This document shows, piece by piece, positions 26,201-39,462 of a DNA stretch of 64,000 nt. Source of the DNA: Klebsormidium nitens. Taxonomy: Eukaryota > Plantae > Klebsormidiophyceae. The first letter of the stretch is position 1, and the number at the start of each line of letters is the position of its first letter. The stretch is taken from assembly GCA_000708835.1 (NCBI GenBank), contig DF237422.1:1-64000 (forward strand). Reading direction: 5' to 3'. The notes under the pieces were generated by a model. It saw nothing but the letters and a program-made list of their open reading frames with translations. It was not told where the DNA came from and did no database searches. A program made the translations under genes and the position numbers.

Positions 26201-27871
26201 GCCCTCTTCTCTTGTTTGCAGATTGAATGAAAGATTTGTGCATGGTGCCCTCTCCTCTTGTTAGTCGAGGGAAACGTAGAGAAGACTTTTTCCAGCAAAG
26301 CTCACGAGTAGTACTTATTGTCAGACAAGCACAACTTAGCGCGGGGTTGAAATTTCCGGATTTCGGGAGAGTACGAAAGGCAGTATTTATTACAACTATT
26401 GATACGTCGCGTTAGGACACAAGCCGCTATTCTCGACAAGAATCACGACCACCCGTTCGTTTCTCTTGACAAGTCTCGCGGCTACGGCACTGTCTGTTTC
26501 GGCTGTCCGCACGAGATGTCAGTCCGCTTTTTCGCTTTTCCGCTTTTCCGCTGTCTTCGCTGTCTCATCTGGCGGAACAGTGGTCAGTCCAGTCATATGC
26601 TCTTGCTTTTGGTCCATGTGAAAGCTCCGAATTTTGAGGGCTTCTGCGGGGAAGATTTCAGGACGACTCTGGTCAGTCCGACTTCTAAGGCCTCGTGCGA
26701 GGGGAAAATCGAAGTGATTCTTGGTCGCTCTCCTCACAGGTGGTCCAAGAGACTCTGCGGCTCTACCCGACGGGAGCCGTTCTTTCGCGCCAGGCGTCCG
26801 AGGACTGCCAGGTGGCGGGCATCCACCTGCCCAAGGGCGTCAATGTACGGTGCCGATGAACCCTGCCAAAAAATATCCATTGCATTGGCATACGCGTTGT
26901 TTTCATCGGTGGTTGAAATCATTTTGCTTCCGCATGCTTGAGGAGACTGCACCCTTCTCCTTCAAATGAATGTTTCTTACCGCAGCTCTTGTCTTGGTTC
27001 AGTCCGGAGGGGTTCAACTTGAAGTGGTCTTTAGATCTCAGGTCTGGTCACTAGGTTCGACTGCGGGTTCTCAACTTTTAGTCGACTTCCATGGACGAAC
27101 CCGCTGGACCCCTAACTTTTGGTTCTGCTCCGCAGCTCTCACCAGTCTCTGCAGTTCACGTTGAACAGAGTAGCGTCGGAATTTGACGACCGTTAAGTAT
27201 GCCGACGTTGGATACATCTGACGTCAGAACAGCATTTCTAACATGACTCTCGCGGCACCTTCCATTTTGAAAAGGTCGTCCAAGTCCTTCTCCTTGAAGC
27301 TCCGATTCCGTTCCACAGGTATTGATTCCGGTCTACGCCATGCACCACAACCCGGAAGTCTTTCCCGACCCAGAAGAGTTCCGCCCGGAACGGTTCGATC
27401 CGGCGGAAGTTGCTGGAAGGCATCCGTACGCTTACATCCCGTTCGGGTAAGTACTATCTCAATCGCAAGTGCACCAGACATTTGATGCTTTGCCAGAGCC
27501 CTCGCGCAGTTCCGCGCTTCCTCGTTGCCTTGCCAACTGGGAATGCTCCCATTTGTTAAGAGCCGGTGTCATTCTCTCCGGTTCTTTGAAGTTTATTGAG
27601 GGAAAAGAGCCTTTGCCCCTTTCATCTTGAAATATGATCCTCAAACCCACCGCTTATCTCCATGTCTTACAGGCTTGGCCCACGGATGTGTCTGGGACAC
27701 CGCTTTGCGATGGAAGAAGCAAAGCTCGCGCTCATTCGGCTTTACAAGACACTCACCTTTTCGGTGGTCAACGAGAAGATTCTGCGGCCTGACGGAAAGC
27801 TAGATCTTCAAGTGGGAATTGTGCTGAAGCCAAGGAACGGCATGTGGGTCGTGCCGCAAGTACAGCGTTAG
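20235..27871 (+). CDS. Cytochrome P450 of the CYP711/clan-3-like group, copy A (9 exons)
   Basis: Exons 20235-20552, 21523-21614, 21820-22042, 22798-23025, 24510-24672, 25861-26009, 26740-26844, 27319-27446, 27673-27871. N-terminal [14 protein letters not shown]-helix [10 protein letters not shown], ExxR (ETLR), PERF, heme motif [10 protein letters not shown]. Clan assignment is by recalled similarity only. Confidence 0.93.
23060..23740. repeat. ~120-bp minisatellite, about 5-6 decaying units, in CYP-A intron 4
   Basis: cgtatc(a/g)gaactgcc...gcgtttctgcaaa.gccc.tcgctc.tt.ct.ct recurs at 23091, 23211 and 23330; further degenerate units run to about 23720. Confidence 0.9.
24330..24425. mobile_element. 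Family A element, core only (partial copy 2)
   Basis: gacgggtagggttagtatggtggttagggtgggtacgggtgcggagcgggtg matches the reverse complement of the 19039-19231 core. Confidence 0.7.
24673..25560 (+). repeat. Tandem copies (147,147,154,132,133-nt spacing) of the I-helix exon 3' end plus donor in CYP-A intron 5
   Basis: ggtgcggggacggatacgactgccaac...agcttcgccg|gtaag recurs with last exonic G at 24672 (real), 24819, 24966, 25120, 25252, 25385, decaying with distance. Confidence 0.93.
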
Positions 27872-28619
27872 TGAAGTTGTCAACCCTGAGTTCGCGCCGT
27901 GATGATCTTAGTAATCTAGTAGCGTGTAAAGTTGCATGCGATTCGTACCGGAAGCCGGTTCTGGTGCCGTTGCATGTTTTCTACAAAGATAGACGTTCGA
28001 GTGGCTCGCAATTTGTACCATCCAAATAAGGTCATTGAAGTAGTAGACAAATCGGACGTATCACTGTATATCTTGAGACCGGAAGAGAGTGTGACAGGGG
28101 GGCCGGATCAGTCGGATGATGTGTTTGAATTTTTTTGCTGCAGTGGTAGCTTGGTCTCGCCGGCGGCACCATCCCACGATCAGGGACTTTAGCAGATCAA
28201 GTCTGCTGAAAGCCTCAATGTTTGCAAGAGTTGCCTTGTGAAAGGCACCGGTGAGGCACCGGCCGTACGTACCCAGTTAACAAACATATGGTTGATATAT
28301 TGGAATGTTTGGAGCTATACCATCACAATATCGTCGCGCCGAGTGCAGAAAACCCAAGTCATTGACGAAGTTGAACGCGATGTATTTGTGCAACAATATT
28401 CGATGTTCTCTGATCATTGCATGAAGTTGAACGCCAGTGAAAATACTTACCAAGCGGCTGCCGCCGCGATACATACATAGGACTTTAAACTAGGATCGAC
28501 TTTAAACGGTATATGTTGATATGTTAGCAGCTCTAGAAGCGGATCGAATATTCCAACAACAAGTGACCTCCGCGTGAGAATTGTCACTGCGTAAGTCGCA
28601 TGGATAAAAGTGGACGGTC

Positions 28620-29440
28620 GCTCTGGAGCTTAGCGTTGCACGAGCATGCCGAAAAAGTGGTTGATCGTTTTCGCGCGCACAAGGAGAAACCGCCGTTCAG
28701 CGTCAGCATGTCCAAAATCATAAACAGAGTACAGTGGCAACTTATAAGGCTGCATCCATCTATTTTTGGAAGATCGTACGCGTTTTCGAGGCGGACATTA
28801 TTACATTTTGCCTGCACCTTTTTGATGGGTTCCTTGACATATACGTTTACCTCTCTTGTAAACTTCGTGTGAATGGGACCTACCGGTTCGATCGTACGTG
28901 CAGGTCTCCGGTTTGGGGCGCTGTTGCTCGTGGCAAAAAAGCTCAAGAGCTTGCCTCGATACACGCAAGGGTGGCAGAATTTTCTCAGGAGTTCACAAGC
29001 GCAGAGAGTCGAGAATCGTCCGATCGAACATCCAGCAAAAAATAGTAAACACTGATTAGGAGATACAACTAGAGCGACGAACAATTCGCATACCTGGTAA
29101 GGCTCCAGGCGGAGCAGCCGGTCGGCGCCCATGGAGGGGCAATGAAGGTGCCGGTAGTCCGACTAAACTCTCGGCATGTGACCTAAGAGGCATGTGACCT
29201 AAGATACGCACCCGGGGGTCGGGTGGGTTAGTTAGGTGGTTAGGGTGGGTTGGGGTGCCGGAGCGGGTGATTAATTTGGTTAGGTATCTAGTTTGAAGTG
29301 CCCGGATAACTCAAATCTTTTACCGGTATGGTGCCCGTATGGTGTGGATCCAATAAATTTGCCATTTGTAAATTTGCCATCCCCATTTTCGTCCTCGTCC
29401 CCGACTTCCTTCCGTCCCAGACTCGATTGAACCCTACTAC
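28620..29440 (-). pseudogene. Degenerate duplicate of TTLL exons 2-3, interrupted by a family A element
   Basis: Minus strand gives RKEVGDEDE (about 29375-29420), GADRLLRLEPYQ|GT (about 29094-29132) and INHFFGML (about 28640-28670, acceptor destroyed, truncated), matching TTLL exons 17331-17213 and 16797-16667. Confidence 0.88.
29170..29326. mobile_element. Family A element, copy 3 (opposite orientation, one arm reduced)
   Basis: G-rich core gggtgggttagttaggtggttagggtgggttggggtgccggagcgggtgatt; ends aact|ctcgg ... ttaccgg|tat; direct repeat gcatgtgacctaaga x2. Confidence 0.72.
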
Positions 29441-30873
29441 GCACTGCAAAACACAAACGTACGCATCCAGACTGAATTCGATGCAAGCAAAATGGTCTTA
29501 CAAGGATATTTACAGCTAGTCTCAATAATAGTAGGCTAATAGGCTGACCGGACTTTACCAGTTGGTTTCCTGGATTGGAAGTCGACCGCGCAACCGAGAT
29601 TTGGGAGGAGCATGTTTGCTCGTCCGCATGCCAGCTCTGTTTAAATGGTAGATTGCTGCGGCGGCAGTACCAGCTGGAAGCTGTAAGTCTAGACGTCCAG
29701 GTTTACACACGAAGAGAGTCCTTCCTGACGCCTACGTCGCTCACTACAAAGCAGACTTTGCCTTTTCTCTTGCCTTATTCTGTTGGCCGTAATTGTGAAA
29801 CGAAGGTCGAGCTCTAAACAAATTCGATCCTTAGAATTAGCTGTCTTGGTTGGAGCAGGGTCAAGGGTGAGAGGCCGCGGGGCGCGGGGGGAATGAGGGG
29901 GTTAGCTGCTGAGGCTGCATCAGGGCAAATGGTAGTTCAATAGCAGAGCAGCAGAGACTCCTCGCCTTTGCTTACCACTTTCGTGTTTCAGATCTCAATT
30001 CCCACCCACTTCCAGCTGCAGCTGGGTTCCAGCTGCACTTCCCACCTCTATATATCCTAGCCTCATACAGAGGTACCACTGGTACCACTTTTGCACTTTC
30101 CTCAGTCTCTGGTACACTGAGCCGGACAGGCACCTGAGCAAAACAGAGTAAGTACAATAGACTGACTGGAACGGAGCAATTGAGTAGCCTTGTGCATGTC
30201 TCAGATATTATGGCTGGTAAGAGCCGAGTTCCTCCAAATAATCATATTTAATGCGGGCTTCAAGTTGAAACTCAGTGTGTGGTATAATCGTATAAGCTTT
30301 GGAAATGTATAATCCCCCCTATTCTTGATTCTAGACAGTCAAGACTGCATTATGCAGCCTTGTAGACCAGCTGTATACGCATCCGTCGAGAGAACCATGT
30401 TAAAAGTATTTCGAGGCCCGCATTAGATCTGCGGAAGATTGATGCAATGAATGCAAAAAACGCCAGAATGCAAAAGCGAGTCCAGCCGGCCTAAGTTAGG
30501 CTATAGCCTGCTGACTGGAAAGTTTCAAACCGCCGCCTGATTGATCAGCCTTCCCACGGTCCAGTGAACTTCGCGCGACAATTGTCAATCTTTCTGCGTC
30601 AGCGACGGCTGAAGTTGCATAACTGATTCGAAATCGACGGCAAAATATGCCCGAGCTTGCACAACGTACATATGCAAGTTTCATAATCACAGCAAGAGGC
30701 AAGCCAAGAAATGCGCACGGGTGCATTATGCAACCACGAGAAGCCTCTCCGGCTCCTGAGTCCTTTGTTGCCTTCTGCAGAGGAGCTTGCATTGAATCAT
30801 GATTTAGACAGAGCTCGCCCGCACAAGAGAGGGCCAAAGACGGACTCTCTGACTCTCGCAAAGGACATTCGCC

Positions 30874-33800
30874 ATGGAGCTTCTGCAGCAGTACCTGGAA
30901 GCATCGCACCACTTTGTCTCAGCCCAAAGCGTGACTGTTCTGATCGGGCTTTTAACAATTCTGCTCTTCTCCGTCCGCATATTTGTTCCTACAAAGGCGG
31001 CCCGCGCGCTCCGCAAGGTTCCTGGGCCGCCTTCTTATCCTATTGTAGGAAACCTGGTTGAGCTCTTCAGCAAAGGGTATCATGAATGCCACAAGGAATG
31101 GTTGAGGACTTATGGCTCAATGTATAAGTATGTGATGGGGGACACGTTGCTGGTTGTGTCAGACCCTGATATTGTGCAGCAGGTGAGCACCGTCCTAAGG
31201 TCTCAATTTTGTTAGCGTCCGCGCCCGAGCTGCCTGTATGCTTTCATTATAATGCTGTCGTTGCGGGTCAAGATGAGGACTTGAGGCGACTACCCTTATT
31301 GCAAGATGATGGTTGGAAAAGAGATTTTGCAGAAAGGACAATGCAAAGCTTGCACAATTCTCAGGATAATGTCCTGTAGAACTGTACATGGCACTGGGGC
31401 TTTGGCAGGACAATTGTAGTGTGGCCTGATGATCTCGTAAAACATTGGGTGGTACAATTTGCGGGTGAAACATTTCATGTGAGTCACCAGCTCCCCATTT
31501 ATTGTCAGCTCTCAATCAAATTTCCAAGCAAGCAACAGCAGCCCTTCTGAGTACCTTGGCATGGTTGGGCTTCTCCAGAGAATAATCAGCGGGTATCATA
31601 GTTTTGCGCCATGGCTGGGGTATCGCAAGACGCGTTTCACCATCTTGCACTTTCGCACGATGTATTCAACATGTGTCTCAGTTTTGCAGAAGCTGGGTTT
31701 GCGTCAGGCAGTCCCACGCCCCTTTTCTTTTTTGTTGTCGTTATGTATCACAGCAGCACCAATGGCTCAGTTCTGTTTGAACAGCTTGTTTCCTGAATAT
31801 CTCTTGAAAGGGGCAGTCTGGCCCAACCGAAAGTACGGCCCAATGCTGCCTTGGCGTGGGAGTTTCTCTGAGATCATTATTTCATGCAAGCACTTCCTTC
31901 GATCAATGACAACTTGCACCGCACAGATAGTGCCTGAATAAAGACTTGTGGACCAAACGCTGCTGTTCGCGAGTCTGTGAAAAGCGCATGAAGCCGTCAC
32001 TCAGTCTTGGTCCAGAACCATGTTTCATGCAAGGCAAACTTCAATCCTAGAATCAGACACAAGCCCAGCATTGTGGTGTCTCAAAGAACCGACCTTATAA
32101 CCACACATGAACTCCTGACATTCTTCATATACCCGGGAGGAAAGCCCATACTATCCTCTCACAAGAAAAGAGAGGCTCGGTTGAAACCCGACTGTCAATA
32201 AGAAATGTTCCCCCGCGGTAGAGATGATGAAACTCAACTGCGGTTTAGGCTAAACCAAGCGCTTCGATTTCCCTTCACAGGTGGGGGTGCGGATGTTCAA
32301 GACGTTCCACGACCGGCCGATGCCAGGTTTTGTGGATGAGGAGCGTGCCGGGAAGGCGCTCGTCTTTAGCAAGTGAGAATCTTGCCCTTCTTTCCATTCT
32401 GCGATGCTCGTAGTTGAGATTCCTTCTGAAATAGAGCGTGTCTGCAGATGCTTCTCTCCACCACAGACATAGGTAGAAGCTTTTGCGATTCGGCCGCACC
32501 ATGCATCTTCGGTTGTCCCACACTCACGCCGTATGTTGTTAAAGAAACCCTTATTTCTGAAAACCCAGGCTATCAAATCTGTCTTCCTTCTGCAAGGGCC
32601 AGTACAAAACGGGGCGTCTGCAAAGCAGTTGTGCTCCCCCTTCTTCATTCAGAAAGCTCAAACACTTTTAGCCTTATCAGGCACGCATGCTTGCCAGAAT
32701 CAAAACGATGGAGCGTCACAATTCCAGTCGCCATATTGAGTTCAAACCACCTCCATATCCCATGTACCGAGGCCATACAGCATGGGCCTGCGCAACGCTG
32801 ATCTCCCCATTTCCAGCACTTTGGCGGCACCGAGGCATGCACTGCTCTTCCAAACTCGAAACGCTTGAAGCATCCAAATCAGAACCCCGAACCAAGCCAA
32901 TCCATCTCCATGTCGGAATCTACAAAGCGCAGTACTGGACTGCCGTGCGGAATCGCTGTGCTCCCCCTTTTCCACACAACAAAACTCCAGCATTTGAGCC
33001 GTTCCAAATTACGCCCTACAGCAAAACAACCCAATGCTTTTGAAACCCAGAATATAACATCTTTCTTCCGTCTACAGGTGCCAGTACTAGACTGGCGTGC
33101 GCACGGCGGCGTATCTTTTTCACACCGTAAAATCCAACATTTCGATGTTCATCAGCCATGCATGCCCCCCCAAATTAAATCGCCCCGAGCCAACCTATCT
33201 TTATTTCCCATCTACAGGGGGCCGATACTGGACGGGCGTGCGCAATTCAGTGCTCCCCCTTTTGCACTCCGCGAAACTCCGGCACTTTGGCTGATGTCCT
33301 TGGTTCTCAATCTTTATACCACATAGTATCATAACCGCATTTTGCCAAAGCCAAAACCATCATCCTATGTCCCACGCTTGCAGGGGCCAATACTGGACGG
33401 GCGTGCGCAACGCAGTGCTCCCCCTTTTTCACACCGCAAAGCTGCAGCACTTTGGCCGTACCATGCACGAATGCGCGGAGCAATTGGTGGCGCGACTCGA
33501 GAAAGCGGCTGCAAACGAGGAGCAAGTCAACTTGCTGGAGTGGGCGGGGGCGATGACCATGGACGTGTTGGGGTCTTCTGCCTTTGGGGTTACTTTCAAC
33601 AGTCAGGTGAACACAGTCATTTGCACTGATTCTTGAGAGCTTCTACAACGCTTTCGGGAAAGCAGCTGAAAACAAGGAGCTGATCAACATGCTGGAATGG
33701 GACTATGGACGTGTTGGGGTCTTCCGCCTTTGGGGTTACTTTCAACAGTCAGGTAGGTAATGGCCTGGGAATTTCCATCAGAGATCGGTGATCTTCTTTA

Positions 33801-36800
33801 AAGTTTTTGTCCTTGAATTTTGGGCTTCAAGAAAGCGGCTTCAATATGGAGCAGATCAACTTGCTGGACAGGGGAGATGACCATGGATCCGTGTCGGGTT
33901 TTCTTGCGGGTTTCGAGTCGCTTCCAACTTTGTGGTGAGACTCTGGGATGTTCGCTTGGAGAGTCCATTTTGCGTCAGTGATTCGTCTCTCTTCTACACA
34001 ACCGCGCCTCGAAAAGTCAATTGTAAGAGGAGAACAAGTCATGTAGAGTGGTCGGATAAATGCTCATGGACGTCTTGGGAATGCTTGCCTTCGGCATCAA
34101 TCCCAGGTTCGATCGGCGTTGCAAAAAACCGGAGTAAGAGGCGGCTTTTGATGTTACACTTCTTTCAGATTTCCTTGTTCATGCCAGGTACGACTTCTCG
34201 TGCTCAATCGTCTTCTCTACTGAGCTCCTCTCATTATTCCAGGTTCACCGAAAGACGGAAGGCCAAACCTGACGAAGTTCCTGAACCTAGTCTAAAAAAG
34301 CATGCCAAGTCGCGCTTGAGCTCTTTGTTCTCGTCACTGGTTGAATAAAATGTTCCGGATGAATTTGCTGTTAATTCAAGCGGCTTTTCAAAATTTCCAG
34401 TCACCTCAAGGTGGGCGAAGAGACGAAGGGCCCCAACCTTAAGCAATTGACTCGAGCAGCATCGCAGTTTCTGGATCGCTCAATCTTTCCAAATCCACTT
34501 CAGAACCTTGAATCCGAATACATACGCGCGGTTCTGATTCCCGGAGTTGCTAAGCCCCATCGTGTGCCATTCCATCTAGTAGGTCTTTTCTTTCCTCAGG
34601 TAAGAGAGGTTCCAGCCTAGCCGCGATAGCGTTCTCTTCTTTGCGGTCTTGGTTCCTTAGATGGAAGATCAGGAAGAAAAGCAAGACCCATATGCACGGT
34701 CTGAATGACATTCAATTCCCGGTTATGTCATCCGAAGATCAAACGCCCATCATGTCCTCTTCTAAGGCAGCCTAGGCACAATCACCCGCACTGAAACGTC
34801 CTTCGCTCCTCTTTGCGCAGGTCGGCGAAAAGACCGACGGCCTTACCCTGACAAAAGCCGTGAGCGAAAACCTCAACAACATCGCGAAATTGCGCATCAG
34901 TACTCTCCTGGCGATCCTCTTCCCTCCCCTCCGGAAGCCCGCGCAATGGATGATGTTACGGATCCCTGGGTCGGCCGATTACGTCCATAGGCAACGGACC
35001 GCGTATATACTGCGGGAGAGCCAGAAGATCATCGAGGCGCGACGGAAAGTGAGAGAGTGTGTTCGGACTTTCGTCTTTGCATTCTGGTCATCTCATACGT
35101 CGATGTATGGCTTGGAGAATCTGCTTGGTTTCTATTGCTTCTTGGGAAGGCGGCTACTCTTAAGGCATCTCAGCAATCTGGATCTTTGGAACGTGGGGAA
35201 CATATCTGGAGCGCACGAGATGAGAATCTATTCAAATCCTGTTACCTGTAACACGTTCAGATGTCCCTTGTTTTCCGCCAAGCTCTTAACCCGGAATTTG
35301 GTTAACGTTCCCGTGCAAGACGCAGACACGTGGCGCCCCGTTGAGCATCCAAAGCAAATGTATCACTCCTGCGTACAGCCGAAAACTGTGACCCAGCCCC
35401 AGATCGGAAACATTGGCAGAGCTTGCTGACGTGGCGGTTCCACAATCAATTGATGGCGCCCCGGGGTGGAAACGCGGACAGCAATTTTAACAAGAACTTT
35501 ACACAGCCGACTCTCATCTTAGTAACGTCAGAAACTCGCAGTCGGGACATTTTAAAAAGAAACACGTTCTTGTAGGCAAGCGGACGTTCTTTGTGCGGCG
35601 AAACTTCTGAGCGCGCACGGCAACCGACTCGCGTTTACCAGACTCCAGAGGCGCAACAGTGTGAACAGACCCTCAGACCAGGGTGTAAATAGGCCCCCTG
35701 TTTGAGGAAAAACGAGCCGTCAAGCCCAAGCCTCGAAGCACGTGTCTCGCTTCGTGACGTGCTGACGTCGTACTGCGTGCACGGGACGCCGTCACGAAGG
35801 CAGATGCATAAACTCGGTTACTCTACTTTAGGTTGCTGACGTCTCCTGTGCAGGAGGCTGACGTGGCGGCTTCTGAGGTTGCTGACGTGTCCCGTGCAGG
35901 AGGCTGACGTGGCAGAGACCCGGCACGACTTCCTGAGCATGCTGACGCAAGCCCGGAACAAGACGACAGGGGAGCCGCTTTCGGACAAGGCGATCCTTGC
36001 GCTCGTGTTTGAATTCCTCAGCGCGGGGACGGATACGACCGCAAATACGCTCAGTTTCGCCGGTGAGCCAATAGCCTATGAACTTTGCTGATAGCTTATT
36101 CGTTACTTCCGGTGAATAGACGGTTCGTATCTAGGAGCGCTACTATGATTTGCACGTGGAAGAAAACGAGTTCCTCGGCGTGGGGACCGGATACGACCCC
36201 AAACACTTTCAGTTTCGACAATAAGCTATAGCATACGAGATATTGTTGATACTTAATCTCTTACTTCCGATGACTAGACGCCTCAGATCCAGGAGCGCTA
36301 TTTTCATTCTTATCTTTCTAAGGGGAAACACTTGCGCTCGTGTACGAGTTCCTCGGCGCGGTAAGCTATCGCTTATGGGGTTTGCTGATCGCTTATCTCT
36401 TCCCCGCTCGTGTACCAGTCGTCGGCGCTGAGACTGATATGACCGCAAGCACAGTCAGCTTGCTGGTAAGCAATGGGGTTTGCTGATAGCTTGTTGCCGA
36501 ATTTCCTTGAGTCGATGGTCCGACTGAAGAACTGCTCTCTGGTTTATGAAGTTTTTGAAGGAAGAGAGTGTGAGCGTTTCTTTACGAGTCCCTTGGCGCC
36601 AAAACGGACACAAATTCACACACAATCAGCTCCACCGGTAAGCTATCGCCTTCGCCCTAAGCTTTTTCGGATATGCGATTGTTCCTGCTATTTATTTCAG
36701 GAAAATGCAGCCGGAGCGTCACACAAGTTAGTGATAGTTGAAACGCTCTAGGCGCAAGAACGGGTACAGTCGCAAACCGCAACGCAACCAGCATCACCGA

Positions 36801-39462
36801 AAGATGGAACCGAGTGCCGATTTTTGAGTAACCGGGTACCGGATACCAAGACTCCCCACAGAGCGGCTTGCATCAAGGGTCTGAATATTCTCTTCGCTTT
36901 AAAGTACACCCCCGAAACAACACCGTTCCTTTTGTGCATTGTAGTCATTGGCGAAGAGCCCAGCCCCCGAGAAAAACCTTTGCGAATCGCAACAAAGATG
37001 CGAAAGTCTGGCGACCAATCAGCTGTTGCCAGGTGTCTGGTCTCTGTCCCTCTCTAAATCCCTAAAGGGACGGCGCTGGCCTTATGAATCTGCGCAGTCT
37101 ACTCTTTGGCTATAAGTTGGTGACAAGCTGTCCCGCGTTGTCCGGGGTTTCACGTGAATTCACGAGAGAAAAGGAATGACCAACCCCAAGTCCAAATGCC
37201 AAACACGAACTGCCACGTGTCTGGATCGCGGCCTCGATTCTCTATCCAAGCAAACAGTTCCGCCCTTGTTATTCCTGGCAGTGTTCTGTTTGACCAACAA
37301 CCCGGCCGCCGAGCAAAAGATGTGCCGCGAGATCCGCGAGTTTTACGAGAAGCTCGAGAAGGAAGGAGTGGCGGATAGCGAGTTCCGCCCGACGTACGAC
37401 GAACTCGCCCAGTTTCCGTACGTCGAGCAGGTAAATGATTGGTCTTTCCCAACTTTCTTTGAATGCCTCGTTCAGGCAAGCTTCTGCGAGAGCTCTTTTT
37501 CGGAGCCGTCTTCAGCCTTGACGCTTTCCCAAAGGACGTGGTCATATTCGTAGCGATTCTCAGTCACGTATACACCACAAAGCCTGCGCGTGTCGCTTGA
37601 GAGCCGCGTCGGGGGAAGCCCACTTTTAACGTCAGAGATACTGGCAAATCAAGTGTGACTGAAGCGGCGTATGACTTAAGATTCATGTACCCCGACCAAA
37701 CAAACTAAAAACCCTAACCTGAACAATCACGCGCGCGGCACCCCAAGCCACCCTAACCACCAGACTAACCCCACCCGTCCCCCGGGTGCCTTTCTTAAGT
37801 CACGCGGCTTTTGAGTCACACTTACGTTACCAGAGTTCCTCAGAGTTGTGAGTTGACCTACTCCAACTTTATCCATACAGGTTGTCCAGGAGACGTTACG
37901 GCTCTTCCCCACGGGAGCCGTCATTTCGCGGCAGGCCTCCCAGGATTGCCACGTGGCGGGCATCCACCTACCCAAGGGCGTCAATGTACGGTCACCCTTG
38001 GACCTCCCTTACTGTTTCTTTGTGCTTTCCTCCCTTTCTTCTCCTCATCGGTCCACTCGTCCCGAGCGTTGCTGAAAAGTGCGACATGAAAGGAACACGG
38101 AATCCATTCCCGCGCACCTCGTAGCCTTCCAGAACAGAATGTACACTTGTACGTACTGGTTGAGAACTGAGTGTGGGCAGAAAAGTACATACAAAAACTA
38201 TGCAGCTGGGGACTTCTGTTTGTCGGTGGTCGCACTTTTCGAGAGACGTACTGACCCTGCGTTGCCCGATGCAATTGCTTATCATGTATTACCGGCCAAC
38301 GATCTTGTCTCGGGACAAGAGCCGAGTCAATTTCCGGTTCTGTCCACGGGTTCCGGACAGCGGCTTGTAGTCCTCACGTGCCGGAATCGATCTGTTACAA
38401 AGCGTCGACGACTATGACAGGAGATCCAACTCTTTGGAGCATTGAATCGGGTCCGCAGTCGTGCCTGGCTCAGAATTCTGGTCCGGTTAAATTGCTGGTT
38501 CCGTTTCGCAGGTCTTGATTCCGGTCTACGCCATGCACCACAACCCGGAAGTTTGTCCCGACCCAGACGCGTTCCGCCCGGAGCGCTTCGATCCGGCGGA
38601 AGTCGCAGGAAGGCACCCGTACGCCTTCATCCCGTTCGGGTGAGCGCTGCGTCATATGCTCTTGGCCGTCAAGACTGGAAAAGGGATCCTTTGTGAGAAC
38701 CCTTGAGCGCTTCCTCGCTCTGTTATTCTCCTGGTTAGTGCCATTCTGGCTAGCTGATCTTGGGTACTCTTGCTGCGTGTCAGTTCCTATTCTAACTACT
38801 GAGGATCTTTCTTGGTCGCAAAAGATTAAAGGAAGGGCTTTCCCTTGTTTGGAAAGGGCTGTGATCCAAGATGGCGAATTTTGCGGAGGTCTTGCATGCA
38901 CCCGTGCAAGTGGTTATCCTTCTTGACCTAGTAACTCATCCGCTGTTCGCATAGCGTAAGTTTCTTTTCTCAGTACTCTTCTCCTTCATTCAACCCCAAA
39001 GTGTGCTTATTATCGCAATGAACGCGCAACGCTTTACAAGCACAATCTCCTTCCCACTCCAAATGTCATGCCCTTTTTCCGGGGCGTCTATCTGAGAATC
39101 GTTTTCCCCTTTCAGCTTTGCTCCGAGTTGCGCTTCAGCGACCGCTATGGAAGAAGCAAAGCTGGCAGCCATCCTGCTTTCTTCTCGCCTAGCCCTTTTG
39201 CATGACCCCCTCGCTCCAAAGCTCCATCAGAGTTTAAACGCTTTCGTTCATCGCTTATAGGCTCGGTCCACGAATGTGCATTGGGCACCGCTTCGCGATG
39301 GAGGAAGCAAAGCTCGCGCTCATTCGGCTTTACAAGAGACTCACCTTTACGGTAATTAACGAGAAAATCTTGCGGCCCGACGGAAAGTTAGATCTTCAAG
39401 TAGGGATTGTGCTGAAACCAAGGAACGGCATGTGGGTTGTGCCGCAAGTACAGAGTAAGTGA
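30874..39462 (+). CDS. Cytochrome P450 of the CYP711/clan-3-like group, copy B (9 exons), tandem paralog of copy A
   Basis: Exons 30874-31182, 32281-32372, 33384-33606, 34821-35048, 35900-36062, 37282-37430, 37881-37985, 38512-38639, 39261-39462. Same intron positions and phases as copy A; [28 protein letters not shown]. Confidence 0.93.
37641..37833. mobile_element. 193-bp family A element, copy 4, in CYP-B intron 6
   Basis: Arms ctggcaaatcaagtgtgactgaagcggcgtatgacttaaga / tcttaagtcacgcggcttttgagtcacacttacgttaccag; same C-rich core, length and flanks (ata| ... |agtt) as copy 1. Confidence 0.78.

Noticed and set aside
20235-39462. Naming the P450s MAX1/CYP711A and inferring strigolactone synthesis
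   Set aside because: The I-helix does not match the MAX1 signature and no CCD7, CCD8 or D27 genes are in the window; a phylogeny is needed.
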